Shown in pieces: positions 26,209-36,630 of a DNA stretch of 55,187 nt. Source of the stretch: a virus (Duplodnaviria; Caudoviricetes); the IMG/VR virus record IMGVR_UViG_3300037846_000003, positions 1 to 55,187 of that record. The stretch is one strand, 5' to 3'. A model generated the notes under the pieces. The model ran no database searches. It saw only the letters and a list, made by a program, of their open reading frames with translations, and was not told the DNA's origin. The position numbers and the translations under genes are program-made. Position 1 is the first letter of the stretch; every line of letters starts with the position of its first letter.

Positions 26209-27432
26209 ATGGGTGTCGAAGGCGCAGCACTGAGCACAAAACAGCCTGATCTAAACGTACAGGTTCCAGCGGCAGTAAGACAGGCTGCGGAACGCAGTAA
26301 CGAATTGGTTAGGCAAGCAGCAGAGGCGAAGAAGAACGCACCGCCGAATGCAGATGCGCCGGTTGTTGTGGCGTTAACACCCTCACCCGCTAATCCGGGT
26401 GTGACAATGGCCCGGTTTGATCCTAACAATCCCCAGCCACCGATGGAACCACAGCGACCACAACAGCAACCACGACAACAGCAACCACAACCACAATCGC
26501 CACAACCCCAAGCACAACCTCAACCCCAAGCACAACCTCAACCCCAACAACAGCAAGAAACCGGCGATTGGGAACATCAATTTAAGTCACTTAAAGGTCG
26601 CTATGATCGCACCGAGCAGGACAACAAACGCTTGGCTGGGCAGATTGGCGACATGCAGCGGCTTATTGCCGCCATCAGTGCCCCTCCCACTCCGCAGCAA
26701 CCACAGCCCCAGCCCCAGCAAGAGGGTAGTGGGGTGCGGTTTAGTGGTCCAATTACTGGCCGTCCCAAGCGTGTAACCGAGAAAGAGATATCAGACTATG
26801 GGTCTGATCTGATCGATGTCATGGGTCGGCGCGCAATGGAAGTGCAAGATAGCACCCTATTGCCAGAACTGTATGCCCTGCGTAACGAACTTAACTTCGT
26901 TAAGCAGCAAGTCGGTGGGGTGCGTCAAACAGTCGAGTATGACGCACAATCCCGCATGTACAACCAACTCGACAGGGAGTTGCCAAGCTGGAAACAAGTT
27001 AACGGTTCACCCGAATTTGTAAACTGGCTGCAAATGCCTGACCCTCTCAGCGGGCAAATCAGGCATAATTTGTTGGCGGAAGCCTATAACAGCCAGCAAG
27101 GAAATCGGGTTATGGAGTTCTTTCGTCGGTTTTTGACCGATCAGGCATCCTATGGCCCTGCAAACGGAGGTCCACAACCGGGCAACGGAGCGTTAACTGC
27201 TGGCAGTTACGCAACCACCCCGCAGGTCGATCTTTTGTCTTTAGCAGCGCCGGGACGAGCGAAGGTAGGGCAAACGCAAGTCACCCCTGATAAGCCGACT
27301 TTCACCGTAGCGGAGATTAAGCAGTTCTACACTGACAGCGCGAACGGAAAGTATGCTGGGCGTGAACAGGAATACAATAACATCCAGCAAGAAATTTTCG
27401 CTGCCGGTCGTGAGGGTCGCGTAGCTCGTTGA
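26209..27432 (+). CDS. Capsid scaffolding protein
   Basis: Position before capsid; Q/P-rich, coiled coil WEHQFKSLKGRYD, C-terminal IFAAGREGRV. Confidence 0.75.
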   Translation: MGVEGAALSTKQPDLNVQVPAAVRQAAERSNELVRQAAEAKKNAPPNADAPVVVALTPSPANPGVTMARFDPNNPQPPMEPQRPQQQPRQQQPQPQSPQPQAQPQPQAQPQPQQQQETGDWEHQFKSLKGRYDRTEQDNKRLAGQIGDMQRLIAAISAPPTPQQPQPQPQQEGSGVRFSGPITGRPKRVTEKEISDYGSDLIDVMGRRAMEVQDSTLLPELYALRNELNFVKQQVGGVRQTVEYDAQSRMYNQLDRELPSWKQVNGSPEFVNWLQMPDPLSGQIRHNLLAEAYNSQQGNRVMEFFRRFLTDQASYGPANGGPQPGNGALTAGSYATTPQVDLLSLAAPGRAKVGQTQVTPDKPTFTVAEIKQFYTDSANGKYAGREQEYNNIQQEIFAAGREGRVAR

Positions 27433-27491
27433 TCTGATCTGAACTGACGTCTCCGTAGTGTTCACCTCAAGAGCGCTCACGGAGGAAAATC

Positions 27492-28547
27492 ATGGCTCTT
27501 GGTCTTGCGGGTGCAGCAACAGTCCCGCCTATATACCCATCTGGCAGTACATCGACTGACTACGTTGCGTCTGGTTTTATTCCCGAGATTTGGTCGGGCA
27601 AGCTGATCGAGAAGTTCTACGCCGCCACGGTTCTGGCGGCAATCAGCAATACCGACTATGAAGGGGAAATCAAAAGCTACGGCGACCGGGTTAAAATCCG
27701 CACGAAGCCAACGCTGTTGATTAACCAATATCTGGTTAACGGCGATCTGGCTCTCCAGCGTCCTACCGGAAGCTTCGTTGAACTTACCATCGATCAAGGT
27801 CTATACTTTGCTGCCATCCTTGACGATGTGATCGAGAAGCAATCGGATATCAACAACCTCTCTATTTGGGCCGACGATGCATCGGAACAGATGAAGATCG
27901 CGGTCGATACCGACGTTCTCGGCTTCTTGATGAACAACATCATGACACCAGCCGCTCCCCCGCCGGGAGGCTCTGCGGCTGTACCACCGCTTGGACCGGC
28001 TGGCGCACCAGCGAACTGGGGCGCAACAGCGGGTGCAATCTCAGGCAATATCAACCTCGGCACGTCAGCGAATCCAGTTGCTACCGTGGGACGTAACCCC
28101 ACCACTGGACAAGTGGAAATCATCGACATCATTCTTCGCATCGGGCAGTGCCTCGATGAGTTGAATATCCCCGAAACGGGGCGATGGATCGTTATGCCCA
28201 CATGGGCTACGTTCCAACTCAAGCGTTCTGAACTGCGTGAAGTCTTTGTGTCTGGTGACGCTGTGTCCATCCTTCGTAACGGAAGGTTTGGACAGGTGGA
28301 TCGGTTCGTTATTTACGCCTCCAACCTCTTGCCCAACGGTACACCCGCTGGCTTGGGCGCGGGCGTATATCCGATCCTCGGTGGTCATGCACATGGTTTG
28401 ACCTTTGCATCGCAACTGACGAATGTGGAAACCATTCGTTCGGAGCGGACGTTCGGTCAGATCTTGCGTGGTCTGCAAGTCTATGGTCGTCAGATCTTGG
28501 ATTTCAAGGCATTGGCAATGGCGCTGGTGGTTCAAGGCGGACCTTGA
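27492..28547 (+). CDS. Major capsid protein
   Basis: 351 aa; FIPEIWSGKL...SNTDYEGEI..GDRVKI, RGLQVYG; strong RBS GGAGG; hairpin downstream. Confidence 0.9.
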   Translation: MALGLAGAATVPPIYPSGSTSTDYVASGFIPEIWSGKLIEKFYAATVLAAISNTDYEGEIKSYGDRVKIRTKPTLLINQYLVNGDLALQRPTGSFVELTIDQGLYFAAILDDVIEKQSDINNLSIWADDASEQMKIAVDTDVLGFLMNNIMTPAAPPPGGSAAVPPLGPAGAPANWGATAGAISGNINLGTSANPVATVGRNPTTGQVEIIDIILRIGQCLDELNIPETGRWIVMPTWATFQLKRSELREVFVSGDAVSILRNGRFGQVDRFVIYASNLLPNGTPAGLGAGVYPILGGHAHGLTFASQLTNVETIRSERTFGQILRGLQVYGRQILDFKALAMALVVQGGP

Positions 28548-28561
28548 TCTGACGCGCTCGG

Positions 28562-28601
28562 CCCCCGGTCGGAAGCCCAAGCCCCCCTAGGCGACCGGGG
28601 G
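28562..28601 (+). terminator. GC-rich hairpin after capsid gene
   Basis: CCCCGGTCG/CGACCGGGG stem, weak U-tract, followed by palindrome copy 28606. Confidence 0.5.
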
Positions 28602-28625
28602 TCGTTAACTGTAGGCAGTTAAGGA

Positions 28626-29021
28626 ATGCAGTCTTATTTGCCTATCCAAGCTTACATTGACCAAACACGGTCAAGCTTGCAGGATTTGATTGTTCCGTAT
28701 CGTTACGCCGATACGGATATTTTTGATGCATTGAATTTTGTGATGTTAGAAACTTCGCGTATCCGCCCAGATATGTATCTCGATATGAAGTATCAGCAAC
28801 CTTTGCGTGCCGGTGATATTAATGATTGGACACCGGCTCCATATCCCAGCAATGTAAACACGAACAGAATTGTGCCGATACCGGGTAAGTATTTTCAACC
28901 CATGGTTTGGTTTATGTCTGGATACTTGCAGACATATGATGTTGCCGATACGGCAGATCAGCGTGCGCAAGCATTCATGGCGAAGTTTCAGCAACATCTG
29001 ATGACTGTGAGTGCCGGATGA
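28626..29021 (+). CDS. Head-tail adaptor-like protein
   Basis: Position after capsid; LQD...RY.D...LN...RIRPD pattern. Confidence 0.6.
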   Translation: MQSYLPIQAYIDQTRSSLQDLIVPYRYADTDIFDALNFVMLETSRIRPDMYLDMKYQQPLRAGDINDWTPAPYPSNVNTNRIVPIPGKYFQPMVWFMSGYLQTYDVADTADQRAQAFMAKFQQHLMTVSAG

Positions 29022-29812
29022 TTAGTGAAAGCATTATTCGTTTAAATGATATGGTGCGGATAAACACACCCGGCTCACTGGATGGTGTTGTTCGTCTAGA
29101 ATTGTTTAATGTTTTGCGTGAGTTCTTTCAACGTAGCGATAGCTGGTTACTAGAAATTCCAATCTTTGTCGTTCAATGGTCTAACGATTATGTTATTGAG
29201 ACAGGACAGAATGCCGTCGTAAACCGTTTGTTAGGTCTTGAACGACCGCGCTCACCCCCACCTCCCGGCATGTGGACGCCTGAGTATGTGCCAACTTGTC
29301 CTCCCCAATATCTGGCCGTAACAGCGCGGGACCAATCGGCAGAAGATATGCCGATCCAATACCCGTCCACATATAATGTTTCCAGCGCAACGGAAGCACA
29401 GAACCCACTGTTTAGGGTGCGGAGGTCGGGGGTTCTTTTAAATGCTGGCGTAAAATGTCCGGTATTGCGTATTGCGATGAACCCGTCTGCCGATGAGACG
29501 TGGGTCGCTACTCTATCGATGAACGTAAGTGATCCAGTTGATAGCGATGGATTTACTTGTCCACCCGATTGGTTGATGAGTAAGTACATGGATTACATTG
29601 CGAGTGGGGCTATTTGCCGGTTAATGCTGCAACCGGGGAAGCCTTACTCCAGTGTTCAAGGCGCACAGTATCACGGGCGTAGGTTTAATGAAGGCGTTGG
29701 TATTGCGCGTACCGAAGTTCGTCGTATGCTGACTTATGGTGCGCAACGATGGAACTTCCCGCAGGGATGGAATAGCGCTCGGCCACGCCTACCGTCAGGA
29801 CAATTGCCATGA
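29018..29812 (+). CDS. Tail adaptor/connector-like protein
   Basis: 264 aa; IASGAICRLMLQPGKPYS pattern; position. Confidence 0.5.
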   Translation: MISESIIRLNDMVRINTPGSLDGVVRLELFNVLREFFQRSDSWLLEIPIFVVQWSNDYVIETGQNAVVNRLLGLERPRSPPPPGMWTPEYVPTCPPQYLAVTARDQSAEDMPIQYPSTYNVSSATEAQNPLFRVRRSGVLLNAGVKCPVLRIAMNPSADETWVATLSMNVSDPVDSDGFTCPPDWLMSKYMDYIASGAICRLMLQPGKPYSSVQGAQYHGRRFNEGVGIARTEVRRMLTYGAQRWNFPQGWNSARPRLPSGQLP

Positions 29813-30567
29813 ATTACCCCGCATCTGTTCCGATTAACTATAGCAATAATGCTTATTTCTATCCTGACGATACTGGGGTGCTTGGCTCATTCACCAAGGC
29901 ACCCGACGCAAAGACATTGGTGTCACTCGATTACACCAGTATACTTAGCGAACTCAATATGAACCTTCAGAGTATTTCTTATGTACTCAACTATGGTTCG
30001 GCCCCACAGTTACTTGTGTCTGGCACAACCATCGAAGCAAATAACAACATCGTTAGTTTTATTGTGAGCGGTGGTTTGAATGGACTGAAGTATGTTCTTC
30101 AGGTTAATGCGTTGATGAGTGACGGTCAGACGGTCAATGTTCAATACTTGGAGGTTGTCGTGTCTGCACCCGGTACTCGTAGTGGCAATTGCGATCCAGC
30201 CGTTTATGGATCGACCGGCGTTGGTGGACCACCGATATCGACAATCTATCAACAAGCATCGATCTTGAATGGGGATAACACAAAATTTGGTTCAACATTT
30301 ATCGTATTCTGGGTCAGCGATACAGCACCGACGACAGCAAATATTCTTGATCGCTGGTATAACACCAGTGATGGTTTGATTTATGATCGAGCGACGGATG
30401 GCAATAGCGTATTCTGGGTATCATCCGCGCAGCGTCCTACGCAATATACGACAGGGGCAAATGCGCCTACAGGGCCACAGATCGGTGATATGTGGTTCAA
30501 TACGGGTACAAACGTGCTGAGTATATGGATGAATACAGGTTCAGGGTTGAACTGGTTCGTGATCTAA
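29809..30567 (+). CDS. Tail-associated structural protein
   Basis: FTKAPD...LDY...VSGGLNG.KY N-terminal domain; C-terminal P.GPQIGDMWFNT module shared with fibres. Confidence 0.55.
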   Translation: MNYPASVPINYSNNAYFYPDDTGVLGSFTKAPDAKTLVSLDYTSILSELNMNLQSISYVLNYGSAPQLLVSGTTIEANNNIVSFIVSGGLNGLKYVLQVNALMSDGQTVNVQYLEVVVSAPGTRSGNCDPAVYGSTGVGGPPISTIYQQASILNGDNTKFGSTFIVFWVSDTAPTTANILDRWYNTSDGLIYDRATDGNSVFWVSSAQRPTQYTTGANAPTGPQIGDMWFNTGTNVLSIWMNTGSGLNWFVI

Positions 30568-30584
30568 CTGCGAGCAGTTAAGCG

Positions 30585-33362
30585 ATGGGCTTTCAATATC
30601 CAGTTAACCCGGTACATGGTCAGCGGGTTACGACGCCCGGTGGGATTACGTTTGTATGGGCGGAACCGCCCGGTGGATGGGTGTCCGTATTTTCTGATGC
30701 GAGTTGGCCTCCAGACTATATGGCTGGTTCGTATGTTTCGTTCCCAGAAAACCCGGCAGTTGGAGATACGTTTACCACTCCGGCTGGATTAGAGTTTGTT
30801 TATACTGCGGAGAACGCTTGGCGCGTTATTGGCACAGCCGCGCTACCAAGTCCTTATTTTCTTGCCGGTGTTGGCCCTCCACCGAATATTGTGGGGTATG
30901 AGGGCAATTATTATTTGGATGTTTCAACAGGTGAGCTTTATGGACCCTATGATGGGGCGCAATGGCCTCCCCCTGTTTCATTTATTCCAGCCACTGGTCC
31001 AACCGGTCCTCAAGGTATACCGGGTCCAGCGGGTCCAGTAGGTCCAATAGGCGCTACAGGAGTATCTGGCGCTCAAGGACAGCAAGGTACACAAGGTCCG
31101 CTTGGTCCGCAAGGTCTGGAAGGAATACAAGGACCGCCGGGTCCAATGGGGCAAGCTGGTCAGTTTGTCCGTATTGTTGGATACTTTTCTAATAAAACGC
31201 CAGCACAATTGCCGCCCAATGGCAACTTTCCGATTAATTGGGATAGTCTTGGCAATCCATCTCAAGCCTACGTAATGCCCTATAACGGCGGTTTGGTTTA
31301 TACAGTTGATCAACATGTTTGGATCTTTGTTAGCCCTCAATTTAATCCCGCTGGATGGGTTGATCTTGGGGCAATGAATAGTATGCCGGGTGTAGAAGGG
31401 CCGCAAGGTCCACCCGGTATTCAGGGTATTCAAGGCGATCCCGGCCCTCAAGGTCCGCAAGGTGTTGCGGGTCCGCAAGGCTTGCAAGGTGTACCCGGTA
31501 CAGATGGTCAAGAGGGCGCGCAAGGTCCAGAAGGCCCAGAAGGTCCACCGGGTCAAACGGCGATTCTTGTTGGATCGTTTTCCAACCAACCGATTTCTGC
31601 ACTACCACCTGATGGATTTTTTCCCGCCGATTGGGATAGCCCCGATAATCCGCCTAACCCTTATCAAATGTCGCTTGGACAAGGGTTGGTCGATACACGG
31701 ACGGAGGATATTTGGACTTTCGTTGGTACAACGATTAATGCTTCAGGATGGGTCGGTATAGGGGATGTACAAGGTCCACCCGGTCCTCAAGGTATACAAG
31801 GCGTACCCGGTGTAGCTGGACCAGAAGGCCCGCCCGGTGCGCAAGGCATGCAGGGTATTCAAGGCCCAGTAGGACCAACTGGCCCTCAAGGCGTACAAGG
31901 TCCAGCCGGTATAGATGGCCCACCGGGTAACGATGGTGCGGCTACAATTATTGTTGGATCGTTTACGAATAACGATCCTTCTACGTTACCGCCCAATGGT
32001 TTTATTCCAGCGAATTGGGACGCTCCCAATAGTCCTCCAAATGCTATTCAGATGGTTATGGGGCAGTCGATGCTCTATACCCCTGATAATCACATCTATG
32101 TTTGGATTAGTACGCTTAATGATCCTACTGGATGGATAAACATTGGATTTGCTCAAGGGCCAACAGGACCGCAAGGTCCACAGGGAACACCGGGTCCGCA
32201 AGGCCCACAGGGACCACAGGGTCCAGCCGGTCAAGGTTTCGTTGATGCGCCGTTAGATGGTAACATTTACGGACGGCAAAATGGTGGGTGGGAGGAAGTA
32301 TCCGCCGCAGTATCAGTTGGCAGTACACCCCCCGCTAGCCCCTCAGTGGGCCAATTGTGGTGGGATGATGTCGGAGGGCAACTCTACGTTTGGTATGATG
32401 ATGGCAATACACAACAATGGGTGATTACGGTCAATCAGACGTTTACCCTTCCAACCAATTTGGTTAGAGAAGCGCCGACTGACGGTGCAGCTTATGGTCG
32501 AGCAAGCGCAACATGGACACCCGTTTTAAAGCTTGCTGGCGGGGTGATGACCGGTGGGCTTACTCTAAACGGTAATCCAATTGCAGCTTTACAAGCTGCA
32601 CCTAAGCAATACGTCGATACAGGCGTAAATAATGCTATGGCCGCAGCTATAGATGCGGCTGCACCGATTGGAGGGATAATGATGTGGTCGGGGCAAAATC
32701 CCCCGACGAATTGGTTATTATGTGATGGTACGGTCTATTTAAACTCAGCGATCCCATTACTTGCGCCTATTCTTAATAATCAATATAATGCTGGTACATC
32801 CGCCGTTGGCGGTACATCATCTGCTGTACCTTATATGATACAAAAATTCCCGCGTGGGGCAACTTCTACTTCCGCTGGCGCAACAGGTGGTGAAGCGGCT
32901 CATACCCTCGTTACTGCGGAAATGCCTTCACACGTGCATCCCGTTGGCGATCCCGGTCACGCACATGGGTTTAGTGATCCCGGTCACGCTCATAGCCTTT
33001 ATGATCCTACCCACGTTCATGGTGTCGGTGATCCCGGCCATGCCCATAGTATAGCCGATCCCGGCCATGCGCATACGTATACAGGGTGGACCTCTCCAGC
33101 AGTCAATATAGCGGCTGGTTCTGGAGGGAGTATGGTTGGGCAAGCAACTGGTGGATCAGGTACCGGTATTGGCATTTACGCTGCGGGTACAGGTGTCTAC
33201 CTTGGCTATGCTGCAACTAGTATGGGTGTCTATGCTGCGGGAACGGGTGCATGGATTGATGGGGCATATACTGGGGTTTATCTTGGAGCAACAGGTGGGG
33301 ATCAACCACACAATAATCTGCCTCCATACATCGATATCCCATTCATAATTAAATACCAATGA
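30585..33362 (+). CDS. Collagen-like long tail fibre with collar domain and His-rich tip
   Basis: Gly-X-Y tracts, PIGGIMMWSG..PTNWLLCDG collar, repeated HxH, HNNLPPY..FIIK end. Confidence 0.85.
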   Translation: MGFQYPVNPVHGQRVTTPGGITFVWAEPPGGWVSVFSDASWPPDYMAGSYVSFPENPAVGDTFTTPAGLEFVYTAENAWRVIGTAALPSPYFLAGVGPPPNIVGYEGNYYLDVSTGELYGPYDGAQWPPPVSFIPATGPTGPQGIPGPAGPVGPIGATGVSGAQGQQGTQGPLGPQGLEGIQGPPGPMGQAGQFVRIVGYFSNKTPAQLPPNGNFPINWDSLGNPSQAYVMPYNGGLVYTVDQHVWIFVSPQFNPAGWVDLGAMNSMPGVEGPQGPPGIQGIQGDPGPQGPQGVAGPQGLQGVPGTDGQEGAQGPEGPEGPPGQTAILVGSFSNQPISALPPDGFFPADWDSPDNPPNPYQMSLGQGLVDTRTEDIWTFVGTTINASGWVGIGDVQGPPGPQGIQGVPGVAGPEGPPGAQGMQGIQGPVGPTGPQGVQGPAGIDGPPGNDGAATIIVGSFTNNDPSTLPPNGFIPANWDAPNSPPNAIQMVMGQSMLYTPDNHIYVWISTLNDPTGWINIGFAQGPTGPQGPQGTPGPQGPQGPQGPAGQGFVDAPLDGNIYGRQNGGWEEVSAAVSVGSTPPASPSVGQLWWDDVGGQLYVWYDDGNTQQWVITVNQTFTLPTNLVREAPTDGAAYGRASATWTPVLKLAGGVMTGGLTLNGNPIAALQAAPKQYVDTGVNNAMAAAIDAAAPIGGIMMWSGQNPPTNWLLCDGTVYLNSAIPLLAPILNNQYNAGTSAVGGTSSAVPYMIQKFPRGATSTSAGATGGEAAHTLVTAEMPSHVHPVGDPGHAHGFSDPGHAHSLYDPTHVHGVGDPGHAHSIADPGHAHTYTGWTSPAVNIAAGSGGSMVGQATGGSGTGIGIYAAGTGVYLGYAATSMGVYAAGTGAWIDGAYTGVYLGATGGDQPHNNLPPYIDIPFIIKYQ

Positions 33363-33390
33363 ACGTTAACTGCTAGCAGTTAGGAGTGCG

Positions 33391-33636
33391 TTGATGAGTG
33401 GTCCAAAGACTTATAGCTACAGTCGCAACAATAATGGTATTCTTATCCGCAACGAAGATAATGCTTTGGTGCCGGAAGATGATCCAGACAATGCTGCGTA
33501 TCTGTTATATCAAAAATGGATACAGGCAGGGAATACGCCGATCCCTGGATTTCCACAGCCACCTCATCCTCATGTCCCGGTCCCACCACCGGAACCCGGT
33601 TTACCCCTTCCGCCTGACGAGGAAGAAACTCGGTGA
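33391..33636 (+). CDS. Putative tail fibre assembly protein
   Basis: IRNEDNALVPEDDPDNAAYLLYQKWIQAGNTP; follows fibre. Confidence 0.6.
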   Translation: MMSGPKTYSYSRNNNGILIRNEDNALVPEDDPDNAAYLLYQKWIQAGNTPIPGFPQPPHPHVPVPPPEPGLPLPPDEEETR

Positions 33637-35063
33637 TTGATTTCCCTGCTAACCCAACCAATGGGCAACAGTTTACTGTAGGCAATACCACTTGGGTGTG
33701 GGATGGAACCAAGTGGACTACGGTAAGCGGTGTTGCGCCGGTAGTGACTGAATATCTACCATTAGTTGGTGGTACGTTAACGGGGCCATTAATTCTCGCT
33801 GCTGATCCAACGATACCGTTAGGAGCATCAACGAAAGAATATGTTGATGTTAATACGGGTGCGGTTTTACTAAGCGCTACACCACCTTTGGATGCGAAGG
33901 TGGGTGCGCTATGGTGGGATACCGTTGGCGGCAATCTTTATGTTTGGTTTGATGATGGCACCAGCCAACAATGGGTAGCTGCATCGAATGGATTTATGTC
34001 CTTACCGGGATGGTTGCCATTAGGGGGTGGAACATTAACCGGTACGTTAAACGCTGTAGATGCTAATTTTTCTGGTCCAGTAACGATTAACGGTGCTGCT
34101 TTCGATGGTGTACCGCTTACCATTTCAATTACAGGCGCTCCAGCCAATACAAATTTCCCGACCATTGATGCGCCACTTAATAGTTGGCGTTCGATTATGG
34201 GTACAACTTCCGGTGTGGATCGTTGGCATTTGTCGCTTGGTAATGGCACTGAAGAGACTGGGGCTAATGCCGGATGTGATTTCGCTCTTTATAGTTACGA
34301 CGATAATGGCGATTACCTTGACGCACCGTTGCAAATTAATCGTCAAACTAGTGAAGCGACGTTTTCCGGCTACGTCACATGCGCATCCGGCCTTTTCTAC
34401 ACCCAGCAACCCACCTCCGAAGATAATTGCCATTATTGGTTCCTCGACTACACAGGCGCGTCAAAGGGCATCCTCTATTGGGAGCACTCCGCCGACAGCA
34501 TGATCCTGTCGCATTCGGACAGCGGCCAATCAATCTCCATCGACAGCGGTGGCAACTGCTGGCTGCCGCTCGATGTCCATGCCGGCTATGGCTACGCATG
34601 TCGCCAAGGCATGACCGGCGGCTACGGTGCTAATCGGTTCAACTTTTTTTACAATAGCGATGGCACGGTTCAGGGATGGATCGATGCTACGTATATGGGG
34701 TATATTTCTTTTGTCTCTGATTATCGAATTAAGAAAAGCATCACTCCGTTACCATCAACGTGGGAGCGGGTGAAGGCACTCAAGCCAATCCGTTATAGCC
34801 ATAAAGATTATACGCCACAAAATCCAGCCCCTACTAAAGATGGTAGCTCTCCACCTCCATTGGTTAAAGCAGATAATATTGAACGCTGGGGGTTTGTCGC
34901 TCATGAACTTCAGGAGACGTTAGTTGAGAGTGCGGCGAGCGGAGTTAAGGATCAAGCTGATACAATTCAATCGCCTAATCCGTGGACGGTGATTGCAAGC
35001 TTAACCAAAGCGCTTCAAGAAGCAATGGAACGTATTGAAGCATTGGAGGCGGCACGTGCTTGA
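33633..35063 (+). CDS. Tail fibre/spike with C-terminal intramolecular chaperone (peptidase S74-like)
   Basis: SDYRIKKSI...LKPIRY...WGFVAHELQE...LTKALQEAMERIEALE. Confidence 0.85.
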   Translation: MIDFPANPTNGQQFTVGNTTWVWDGTKWTTVSGVAPVVTEYLPLVGGTLTGPLILAADPTIPLGASTKEYVDVNTGAVLLSATPPLDAKVGALWWDTVGGNLYVWFDDGTSQQWVAASNGFMSLPGWLPLGGGTLTGTLNAVDANFSGPVTINGAAFDGVPLTISITGAPANTNFPTIDAPLNSWRSIMGTTSGVDRWHLSLGNGTEETGANAGCDFALYSYDDNGDYLDAPLQINRQTSEATFSGYVTCASGLFYTQQPTSEDNCHYWFLDYTGASKGILYWEHSADSMILSHSDSGQSISIDSGGNCWLPLDVHAGYGYACRQGMTGGYGANRFNFFYNSDGTVQGWIDATYMGYISFVSDYRIKKSITPLPSTWERVKALKPIRYSHKDYTPQNPAPTKDGSSPPPLVKADNIERWGFVAHELQETLVESAASGVKDQADTIQSPNPWTVIASLTKALQEAMERIEALEAARA

Positions 35064-36120
35064 TTTCCCTTCTACGCCCGCTCTTGGCGATACTTATACT
35101 TCGGGTGAAGTTGCTTGGACTTGGGATGGGTCCAAATGGATTTCCAGTGGTTTATTGAACTCTTATTTGCCAATATCTGGTGGAACGTTAACCGGCCCGT
35201 TAGTTGGTACAGATGCGACCTTTTCTGGCGATTTGAGTGTGGATGGCACAGCAACGGCTGGAACGCTAGCTGTTGGTATGATTGTTCCGACTTCGCCCCC
35301 ATTGAACTATGATCAAGCTTTTCTCCAAGAAATAACACTCCCCGGCGGTAACGCAATCCGGTTCAACCTTTACGTCACCCCAGCTGGCCCCGCCAACGTT
35401 GCTTACGGCGATGGACCGGGCGCTATTATTTATGCTGATGCTGGTGGTTTGGAATTTAATGTCGGGGCAAGTGCATCGGCTGGAGACGTGGTGTCATCGT
35501 TTGGCGTGATGACGCTTGATTATAACGGTAATCTGACCCCTGGCGGTGGCCTCTACCCTAAAGGACAATCGGTTTTCCCCTCGGTTGGTGGTCTAGGTCA
35601 AAGCGGTTTTGGTCAATTTGTTATGTCTGCCCAACCGGGCAATGATGCTTTTATGACTTTTATCGTTAATGATTATTTTGCTTGCCAATTCGGCCTAAGC
35701 AGTAATGGGTATTATTATACTGGTGGTTGGTCGTTTGGTTCCGGTGTTGTCTATCAATTCTGGACTTCGAGAGACTTCGCTAATCCGGCTTGCGACTATC
35801 GGATTAAGACGAACATTAAACCGTTAGGTTCGACTTGGGAGCTTGTCAAAGAGCTTCGACCGATCAGTTATCAACAGAAGGAATTTTCGTATAGGAATGC
35901 GCCAAAAGATACGAGGCCGGTTCTTGAAGCAGATGATCGTGAACGCTGGGGTTTTGTTGCGCACGAACTGCAAGATGCATTGGGCGAAACCGCGGCGCAT
36001 TGTCCCAAGGATGATCCAAACCATTTGCAAGCCCCAAACATGATAATGTTGGTGGCGACGTTGACCAAGACGATACAGGAGATGCAAACACGTATTGAAG
36101 CGCTAGAGGCAAGACTCTAA
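35056..36120 (+). CDS. Second tail fibre/spike with S74-like chaperone domain
   Basis: GTG start after GGAGG; CDYRIKTNI...WGFVAHELQD...LTKTIQEMQTRIEALE. Confidence 0.85.
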   Translation: MLDFPSTPALGDTYTSGEVAWTWDGSKWISSGLLNSYLPISGGTLTGPLVGTDATFSGDLSVDGTATAGTLAVGMIVPTSPPLNYDQAFLQEITLPGGNAIRFNLYVTPAGPANVAYGDGPGAIIYADAGGLEFNVGASASAGDVVSSFGVMTLDYNGNLTPGGGLYPKGQSVFPSVGGLGQSGFGQFVMSAQPGNDAFMTFIVNDYFACQFGLSSNGYYYTGGWSFGSGVVYQFWTSRDFANPACDYRIKTNIKPLGSTWELVKELRPISYQQKEFSYRNAPKDTRPVLEADDRERWGFVAHELQDALGETAAHCPKDDPNHLQAPNMIMLVATLTKTIQEMQTRIEALEARL

Positions 36121-36137
36121 CTGCGAGCAGTTAACAA

Positions 36138-36476
36138 ATGCGAGGAATGTTACCATCCCCAATCACACCGGCTAGGCCGACGCCTACGCAGCCGTTCGCT
36201 GGCTATGCGTTGCGCCGCACACAAGATATTTGTGCTGCCGGTCCTTATGTGTTGATGCAAGGTGACTTAGTGCTTGATGGCGCTCCACCGATCTCATCAA
36301 CATTACCAGTGGCAAAACTAGGAGGAAAGAATGGCACTACCGGAAGCACCCCAACCCCAGAAGCAACCGTCACAGGGAGCATCACAAGGGGGTATGTTAG
36401 TCACCACCCCGATGGGACCACAAAGTCAGCGAAGTACACAACAACGGCCACAGCTTTCCGACGCGACCCTCGCTGA
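36138..36476 (+). CDS. Hypothetical protein
   Basis: ATG just after palindrome copy 36118; overlaps next ORF by 146 nt. Confidence 0.4.
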   Translation: MRGMLPSPITPARPTPTQPFAGYALRRTQDICAAGPYVLMQGDLVLDGAPPISSTLPVAKLGGKNGTTGSTPTPEATVTGSITRGYVSHHPDGTTKSAKYTTTATAFRRDPR

Positions 36477-36609
36477 ACAGAAGGCAGGTAAAGAGGCCAG
36501 TACAAAAGCGAACACTCGCACTGCGGACGAACAGGAGGCAGGGCGGAAAATCGCAGAACGATTGGCGGCTGGAGGCCCACAACAGCTTCGACCGCAGCGA
36601 CAACAATAG
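36331..36609 (+). CDS. Q-rich hypothetical protein
   Basis: Strong RBS AGGAGG; repeated EQ.AG[KR] motif. Confidence 0.55.
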   Translation: MALPEAPQPQKQPSQGASQGGMLVTTPMGPQSQRSTQQRPQLSDATLAEQKAGKEASTKANTRTADEQEAGRKIAERLAAGGPQQLRPQRQQ

Positions 36610-36630
36610 GAGGATAAAGTCGCTACTGTT

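Noticed and set aside
26450-26555. CAA/CCA-rich repeats in the scaffold gene
   Set aside because: Explained by a Gln/Pro linker
32940-33080. 18-nt periodic repeats in the fibre tip as a diversity-generating retroelement target
   Set aside because: They encode HxH repeats; no reverse transcriptase or adenine-variant template repeat seen in the window
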